A stretch of DNA of 64,000 nucleotides, taken from NCBI GenBank assembly GCA_002269645.1, contig NIVC01000004.1, forward strand, positions 62,001 through 126,000. Direction: 5' to 3'. Shown here piece by piece: positions 56,953 to 64,000 of the stretch; position 1 is the first letter of the stretch; each line of letters starts with the position of its first letter. A program made the translations under genes and the position numbers. Source of the stretch: Macrostomum lignano. Lineage: Eukaryota. The notes below the pieces were generated by a model. The model did no database searches. It was not told the origin of the DNA and saw only the letters and a list, made by a program, of their open reading frames with translations.

Positions 56953-58314
56953 CTACTCGTCCTTGTCTTTGCCGAACTCCTCGACCTCCTCCTCCTCGCC
57001 CTCCACGCTGTCCACGCCGACCTCCTCGTAGTCCTTCTGCATGGAGCTCAGCTCCTCGCGGGCCTCGGCGAACTCGCCCTCCTCCATGCCCTCGCCGACG
57101 TACCAGTGCACGAAGGCGCGCTTCGAGTACAGGAGGTCGAACTTGTAGGCCAGCCGGTCCCAGGCCTCAGCGATGGCGGTCGTGTTGCTCAGCATGCAGA
57201 CCGCTCGAGGCACCTTCGCGAGGTCGCCTCCGGGCACCGCGACGGGCGGCTGGTAGTTGAGGCCGACCTTGAAGCCGGTGGGGCACCAGTCCACGAACTG
57301 GATCTCGCGCTTGTTCTTGATCTTCTGGATGGAGTCGTTGACCTCCTGGGAGGAGACGTCGCCCCGGTACAGCAGGCAGCAGGACATGTACTTGCCGTGC
57401 CGGGTCGCACTTCACCATCTGGTTGCCAGGCTCGAAGCACGCGTACGTGATGTCCCTGACCTTCAGCTGCTCGTGGTTGGCCTTCTCTGTCGAGACGATG
57501 GGAGCGTAGGTTGCCAGGGGGAAGTGGATCTTGGGGTAGGGCACGAGGTTGGTCTGGAACTCGGTGATGTCCACGTTGAGCGAGCCATCGAACCGCAGGG
57601 ACACCGTGATGGAGGACACGATCTGCGCGATCAGGCGGTTCAGGTTGGTGTAGGTGGGCCTCTCGACGTCCAGGTTCCTCCTGCAGATGTCGTAGATGGC
57701 CTCGTTGTCCACCATGAAGGCGCAGTCGGTGTGCGGCAGGGTGCCGTGGGTGCACAAGATGGCGTTGAACGGCTCCACCACAGCCGTGGACACCTGCGGC
57801 GCCGGGTAGACGGCGAACTGCAGCTTCGCCCGCTTGCCGTACTCGGACGACAGCCGGTCGCACAGCAGCGAGGTGAAGCCGGCGCCCGTGCCGCCACCGA
57901 AGGAGTGAAAAACCAGGAAGCCCTGCAGGCCTGCGCAGTTCTCCGCCAGCCGGTTGATGACCTCCCGAACGGTGCCAATCAGCTCCTTGCCGATGGTGTA
58001 GTGGCCTCTGGCGTAGTTGTTGGCGGCGTCCTCCTTGCCCGAGATCAGCTGCTCCGGGTGGAACAGCTGGCGATAGGTGCCGCAGCGAACCTCGTCGACC
58101 ACGGTGGGCTCCAGGTCCACGAAGATGGTGCGCGGCACGTAGCGGCCGCTGGGGTCTCGGAGAAGAACGGCCCCTGCGAGTCGTCGCACTTCTCCCTGCC
58201 GGGCGTCATGAGGCCGTCGGGCTGGATGCCGTGCTCCAGGCAGTAGAGCTCCCAGCAGGCGTTGCCGATCTGGATGCCGGCCTGGCCGACGTGGATTGAG
58301 ATGCACTCGCGCAT
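56953..58314 (-). CDS. TUBA: Divergent alpha-tubulin, intronless, with two compensating frameshifts (-1 at about 58151, -2 at about 57402)
   Basis: [62 protein letters not shown] across three ORF segments; first and last segments share a frame; no stop codons after correction. Could be an assembly error or a young pseudogene. Confidence 0.9.
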
Positions 58315-59380
58315 GGCTGGATGAAGCGGCTTCCTGCGGTGGGTCAGAGGCTGCTGAGATGCTGCTAGCTGTGGGCTGCGAGCCCGGCTTAGCGCTCTGA
58401 GTGTACGGGAGGGCCTCGCTGCTGTCTATGGACTTCTGAGGAGAGCTGCACTGAGAGGTCACTGCCGCAGCCTGAGATATGCACTTGAGACTTTGTGCAT
58501 TAATTTAGCCTCAATTAGGGCCACAGATATCGCAATGAAACTCCTGGGAAAGGGAGGTGGGCAAATGAATAAGTACCCACTTCGAAAACTACTTCACTTG
58601 ACTTGAATGGATATAATTTATTGAGTCCAGTCGCATTCAAGTGACACTCGAACTCACGAAAATATTAAGAATATTTTCAAGGCTCCGGCCTTCCTGGCGC
58701 AATGCCTTCAGCTACATCATTCCACAGCCACATTCCACAGTCAATACAGTACGCAGACACGAACTCGCACACACTAAGAGGGTGTACAGCGGCAAGGACT
58801 TTCTAATCACAAGGCACGTACACCCTGTGCCTTCGTTGGTTGGCCCTCATGGCATGAATTGCATGACAACCCCTCCTGGCCAGTTTGAAGTTCTGTTTAA
58901 CTCAGAAACGCTGAGTTTCAATGGCAAAACCCCAATTTGTAGCCCAAACTTGACAGAAACCACAGAGGCAAGCAGAGAGCTGGTCGCAGTTGAGGTCTCA
59001 GATGCTGTCCATTCCAAATGCCACGAGTGCCACTGCGTGAAAAATACGAAGCCATGGAGAGGACAGCTGCAGCAAGTGAAAATTTCAATCTTACTTTCAG
59101 GAGTGACATTGGATATAGTTTTGCGCTGGAATTTATTTTCTTGCAATTAGGACAATATAAAAAATCATAATTAAAAAAAATCATAAAGCCCAAAACTGTT
59201 AATATTTTGTGATTGCAAAATCACTTCAATGAAACAGTTAAACATATTCGGTTAAGATATGATAATATGTCCGATTACCATAGACAAATAGTGCAGACCT
59301 CAAAGTGCAAGCCACAACAAGTACAATTACTCATATTAATTCTGTATATGCGTGAAGCAATTAGAATGATAACAAGTGCA

Positions 59381-59548
59381 CACGCACTACAGCAGCCGGG
59401 AGTACAAGTACACCCGCACTACAGCAGCCGGGAGTACAAGTGCACCTGCACTACTGCAGCCGGGAGTACAAGTGCACCCGCACTACAGCAGCCGGGAGTA
59501 CAAGTACACCCGCACTACTGCAGCCGGGAGTACAAGTGCACCCGCACT
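59381..59548. repeat. 32-bp tandem repeat, about 5 units (GCACTACAGCAGCCGGGAGTACAAGTACACCC), just 3' of WASHC3
   Basis: Direct periodicity. Confidence 0.93.
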
Positions 59549-59572
59549 AAAGACACGAACAAAAGCGCCCAG

Positions 59573-60208
59573 TCAGTCAGAGTCGGTGAAGTCCGAGTTC
59601 GAGTCCGATTCGGCAGGCGCAGGCGCAGGCGCCGGTGGCTTTGCTGCGCCATCGCCGGCGCCCGTGTCCGGCGCGGGAGCGCTGGGGTCCAGGTCGAGCG
59701 CGGCGGGGTCCACGCCGCTGGCCTGCATCTTGGCCTTGATGGCGGGGATCGGCACGCCGACTTTCAGCATTTTGAAGAAGCCGGCGTACAGCGGGTGGTC
59801 GGCGACGCGCGTCTTCGGTGGCTGGGGAGCCTCCGGAGCGGCCTCCGCTGCCGCCTCCGCTGCCGTAGACCCCGAAGCCGCCACAGCTGGCTCAGCAGCT
59901 GCGTCTGCTGCTGTTGCAGACGCTGTCGGGGTGGCAGAAGCAGCCGGTTGCTGAGCAGCTTCCTGCGGCTGCTGCTGCTGCAGATCCGGCGGCAGGGAGG
60001 CCAGCTTGCTCTCCAGGATGCTCAGCGTGGCGTCAAGACGCCGCAGTTCAACGCTGGACTCTTCGAGCTGCTGCTCGCAGGCGGTGCTGAGCCGGTTGAG
60101 GTAGGAGACGGTCTCGCTGACGTACTGGGTGATGAAGGCGTGGACCCGCTTCTGCTGCAGCGGGGCCACCTTCGTGTAGTCGATGCCCACGGCTGTGAGC
60201 TCCGTCAT
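59573..60208 (-). CDS. WASHC3: WASH complex subunit 3 (CCDC53), 211 aa, intronless CDS
   Basis: GIDYTKV..LQQKR..AFI.Q.V..TV..LNR....CE..L coiled coil; DHPLYAGFFKMLKVGVPIPAIKAKM..GVDP..L; acidic SDSNSDFTDSD tail. Confidence 0.92.
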   Translation of the reverse strand: MTELTAVGIDYTKVAPLQQKRVHAFITQYVSETVSYLNRLSTACEQQLEESSVELRRLDATLSILESKLASLPPDLQQQQPQEAAQQPAASATPTASATAADAAAEPAVAASGSTAAEAAAEAAPEAPQPPKTRVADHPLYAGFFKMLKVGVPIPAIKAKMQASGVDPAALDLDPSAPAPDTGAGDGAAKPPAPAPAPAESDSNSDFTDSD

Positions 60209-60234
60209 TGCGCTGAAGCCGGGCTGCAGTCAGG

Positions 60235-60262
60235 CTGCAAACAGGAAGGCGGAGCAGTGAAA
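60235..60262 (-). promoter_or_regulatory. Candidate 3' splice acceptor (cis 5'UTR intron or SL trans-splice site) 26 nt upstream of the WASHC3 ATG
   Basis: Minus strand TTTCACTGCTCCGCCTTCCTGTTTGCAG|CCTG. Confidence 0.5.
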
Positions 60263-60760
60263 TACAGTAAAACAAATTTGAGAAGCAATGAGAGAACTGT
60301 GACTGCTTGCATTTGAGTTCAGTAGCTTCTGGAACTATTTTCTACCAATATATTTGTTAACAGCACAACTGCTCAGGGTAAACAGATGGAGTAACTATGG
60401 CTGTATTAAATAACCAAAATGCCTCGTCATCTAATTAGTAGCTCGTAGTGAGTTCAAGCGAGCGCTTCGCTCATTCTGTGCTTTTCTGTCGTTTCATGGC
60501 GCCATCAGATGCTGAGTGACGCGCTTTTCCAAGAGTTCAACTACTACTCTTAGTAATAAGCTAGGCTCCAAGTCATCAGCGAATAAAGAAAACAACCGAG
60601 GCCGCACAAGCGAATTTCGAGTGCACAAAAATACAGAACTTTATCAACGAAATTCTCCAGTCTAATTGGAACTTTGGTATCTTAAAAGATGTGACAATCA
60701 ACAATAAAGTTTCTGCGAAAAAAACACTTTATAAATCTGTGTTTGGGTGGGGATTTTAGA

Positions 60761-60774
60761 GTGACCGTAGCAAC
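60761..60774. promoter_or_regulatory. X-box-like motif upstream of WASHC3
   Basis: GTGACCGTAGCAAC fits GTNRCC-N2-RGYAAC. Confidence 0.35.
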
Positions 60775-62070
60775 AGGAGACTTGATTTACTGAGGATTTT
60801 CATAATTGCTGACTTCCAGACAGGGGATTGTCAGACAACAGTTAAAGTCGGAGAAACATCAGCAGAGATAAAATAAATGAATACATTTTATTGCAAGTTG
60901 CTGCAATTACTGCAGACCCCAGCCGGCATGAGTAGTGGGGGGCTGACAACACAAGTAGGCTAGAAGCCAATAGCGGGAGAGCAGCGAATGCTGACTGGTT
61001 GAAACAATCAAGCAGGGGCACATGTGCTATTGAACTACTCACAATTCAGTAGTATCTCTCTTACCGCTCGAGCCGCGCCAGCCAATGTGCATTATCGCCC
61101 GCTAGCAACTACTTTCTCTACGCACTACTTACTGGCCAGCAAGTAGCAAATAAAGAAAATCAGCACATAAACGGAAGTGCCCATCAAATTAGTTGCAAAA
61201 ATCAATAGCAAAGTTGCGCCCTAAAATAGGAACAATAAAAAGCATAATTAAAATATTGAGTACGCGCTAGAGGACTAGAAGACCAACAACAGCAAATTGA
61301 TTGCAAAATAAGACCATTTCAGGGAATCCTGAAGCGGAGCTGTCAATGACCCCAGATTAATTCACCAAACTGACGCTTTTTGAATAGCAGATTGAAAACC
61401 AGCCGCTACTAGACTACTCAATAAGTAGCGTGCAACGCTTTTTTAAATCTAAAAATAACGGGAGTGGGTCGAATTGAAAATCCAAAATAGCAAATTCACC
61501 GCCGGGACAGTCGGGGTCGTCAAAAATTGTAGCGAATAAAAATACTGCCTAGCAACTAGTAGCACTCGACTCGCAGCTGACACGAAAGCGCACAGAGAGG
61601 CGACTATTGACACAGTGACTGGCAAAGCGAAGGGCAGGCGCAAAAGTACAGCTGGACAAAGACTTCAAGAGCTCTATAAGAAACAACACGCGCGCACACT
61701 TCTGCACACCTGCCGCGAACATGCAGTCTGAGAGCGGTTCCAACAGCCAGCAGCTGGGCAGAAATGCACTGAAAAAAGCGGCAAAAACGGCGACAAAGAA
61801 GAACAACAAAGAGCGGCGAGTGTCACGCCAGGCCGAGCGCTGGGCAGAGGCGGCCGCAGCCGCTCAGTAGTGCCGGGTCACGCGGGTCAGGGAGAGCCTC
61901 TGGAAAGGGGGGCGGTCGGTTGAGTCAGCGGGTGAGCACAGGCCACTGAGAGCTGCTCAGCTCACAGCAAACAAATCAATTCGGAATTGCGAGTCCAGCG
62001 CTGCGAAGCAGAAATAAATGACATGCACTGTTGGCGCTGTGCTCTCCTCATCAGTCTTGGGTTAGTGGAT

Positions 62071-63337
62071 TCTGAACTGCAAGCACGTTCTGAACTGCAA
62101 GCACATTCGGAACTGCAGGCACATTCTGAACTGCAGGCACATTCTGTACTGCAAGCACATTCGGAACTGCAGGCACATTCTGTACTGCAAGCACATTCTG
62201 TACTGCAAGCACATTCTGTACTGCAAGAACATTCGGAACTGCAAGCACATTCGGAACTGCAAGCACATTCGGAACTGCAAGCACATTCGGAACTGCAGGC
62301 ACATTCGGAACTGCAGGCACATTCAGAACTGCAGGCACATTCGGAACTGCGAGCACATTCGGAACTGCAGGCACATTCAGAACTGCAGGCACATTCAGAA
62401 CTGCAGGCACATTCAGAACTGCAGGCACATTCAGAACTGCGAGCACATTCGGAACTGCAGGCACATTCGGAACTGCAGGCACATTCTGTACTGCAAGCAC
62501 ATTCGGAACTGCAAGCACATTCGGAACTGCAAGCACATTCGGAACTGCAAGCACATTCGGAACTGCAAGCCCATTCGGAACTGCAAGCCCATTCGGAACT
62601 ACAAGTACATTCGGAACTGCAAGCACATTCTGTACTACAAGTACATTCGGAACTGCAAGCACATTCGGAACTGCAAGCACATTCGGAACTGCAAGCACAT
62701 TCGGAACTGCAAGCACATTCGGAACAGCAAGCACATTCGGAACTGCAAGTACATTCGGAACTGCAAGCACATTCTGTACTGCAAGCACATTCTGTACTGC
62801 AAGCACATTCGGAACTGCAGGCACATTCTGTACTGCAAGCACATTCGGAACTGCAGGCACATTCGGAACTGCAAGCACATTCTGAACTGCAGGCACATTC
62901 GGAACTGCAGGCACATTCGGAACTGCAAGCACATTCGGAACTGCAAGCACATTCGGAACTGCAGGCACATTCTGTACTGCAAGCACATTCGGAACTGCAA
63001 GCACATTCGGAACTGCAAGCACATTCGGAACTGCAAGCACATTCGGAACAGCAAGCACATTCGGAACTGCAAGTACATTCGGAACTGCAAGCACATTCTG
63101 TACTGCAAGCACATTCTGTACTGCAAGCACATTCGGAACTGCAGGCACATTCTGTACTGCAAGCACATTCGGAACTGCAGGCACATTCGGAACTGCAAGC
63201 ACATTCTGAACTGCAGGCACATTCGGAACTGCAGGCACATTCGGAACTGCAAGCACATTCGGAACTGCAAGCACATTCGGAACTGCAGGCACATTCTGTA
63301 CTGCAAGCACATTCGGAACTGCAGGCACATTCGGAAC
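62071..63337. repeat. 18-bp minisatellite (GCACATTCGGAACTGCAA), about 70 units
   Basis: Direct periodicity; source of the ELQAHS and VPNVLA repeat ORFs. Confidence 0.97.
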
Positions 63338-64000
63338 TTAAGTTGTATTCTGTGCCGAAATTTGCAATGCATTCAATAAATCAGATTATGTTTCTGTCAA
63401 CAGAATAATTTAAAATATCCGGAAGAAACATAAACATAAACGGCCCATTAGACAAATTAATGCATGCAAAACCACAGCGTGCTACTGTCAGTAGTTCGAG
63501 CAATCAGTCCGAAATAGCACAGCACTGTTAGGCCTCCCAGTGAATGGGAGCAGCTGACTAACCTCAACCATTCCGGCTGAAAACGAGGGAGGGCGAAGAG
63601 TCGGAGTGGAAAATGCAATGAAATTCGCATTCGGGAGTCATATCGATTGCTGCGGCTTCCAAGGTGCAAGTTACTAAGCAGCGGTGCGTGGCTAACTATG
63701 GACTGGCGCGCATAAACACGATAAGCATTGGAACTGGCTGAGGTGGGGAGAGGCGTGCCCGAGACAAAAGAGAGAATCACAATAACTCTACACCGAAGCA
63801 ATGGCCACTTTTATTAGAAACTTTGCTGCAACAAAGCAATATCCAACTGCTGTAGGGTTGCCTTGCTTAAACAGAAAATTTTACTGTTGATCTGCGACAA
63901 CAGCGCGACTTTGTGCTACCAACTCTATCTGCAATATGCCACCCGCAGTGGCTCTCCGCTGCCCCCACTGACTGCCCCTTCAGGCTCTCCGCTGTCCCCA

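Noticed and set aside
61987-63408. 473-aa ELQAHS repeat ORF and 425-aa antisense VPNVLA ORF
   Set aside because: 18-bp minisatellite with a non-ATG start and no unique domain; would need transcript evidence

Overview
Animal genomic DNA. The GC3-rich single-exon ORFs, about 25% minisatellite content (hand estimate) and DIRS, Crypton and mariner relics resemble a free-living flatworm such as Macrostomum; this is an inference, not shown by the sequence. Bases 1-27 kb hold a same-strand cluster of six intact, intronless genes for secreted PAN/Apple + C-type-lectin proteins plus one deleted relic, separated by transposon debris (LOA/R1-type LINE end, gypsy remnant, near-complete D34D mariner, DIRS/Ngaro RT-RH, intron-containing Crypton fragment, tRNA-derived SINE, MITEs). 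The six lectins are mosaics: near-invariant anchor blocks alternate with a few interchangeable variable blocks, and flank relationships disagree with coding relationships, which points to diversification by gene conversion or recombination. This is the best candidate for an undescribed system. The right half holds an intronless AMPA-type glutamate receptor with an Asn at the Q/R site and an altered SYTANLAAF gate motif, about 19 kb of non-coding DNA rich in minisatellites, a TIR-less LRR transmembrane receptor, a divergent alpha-tubulin with two compensating frameshifts, and WASHC3/CCDC53. No CRISPR array, rRNA or true tRNA gene is supported.
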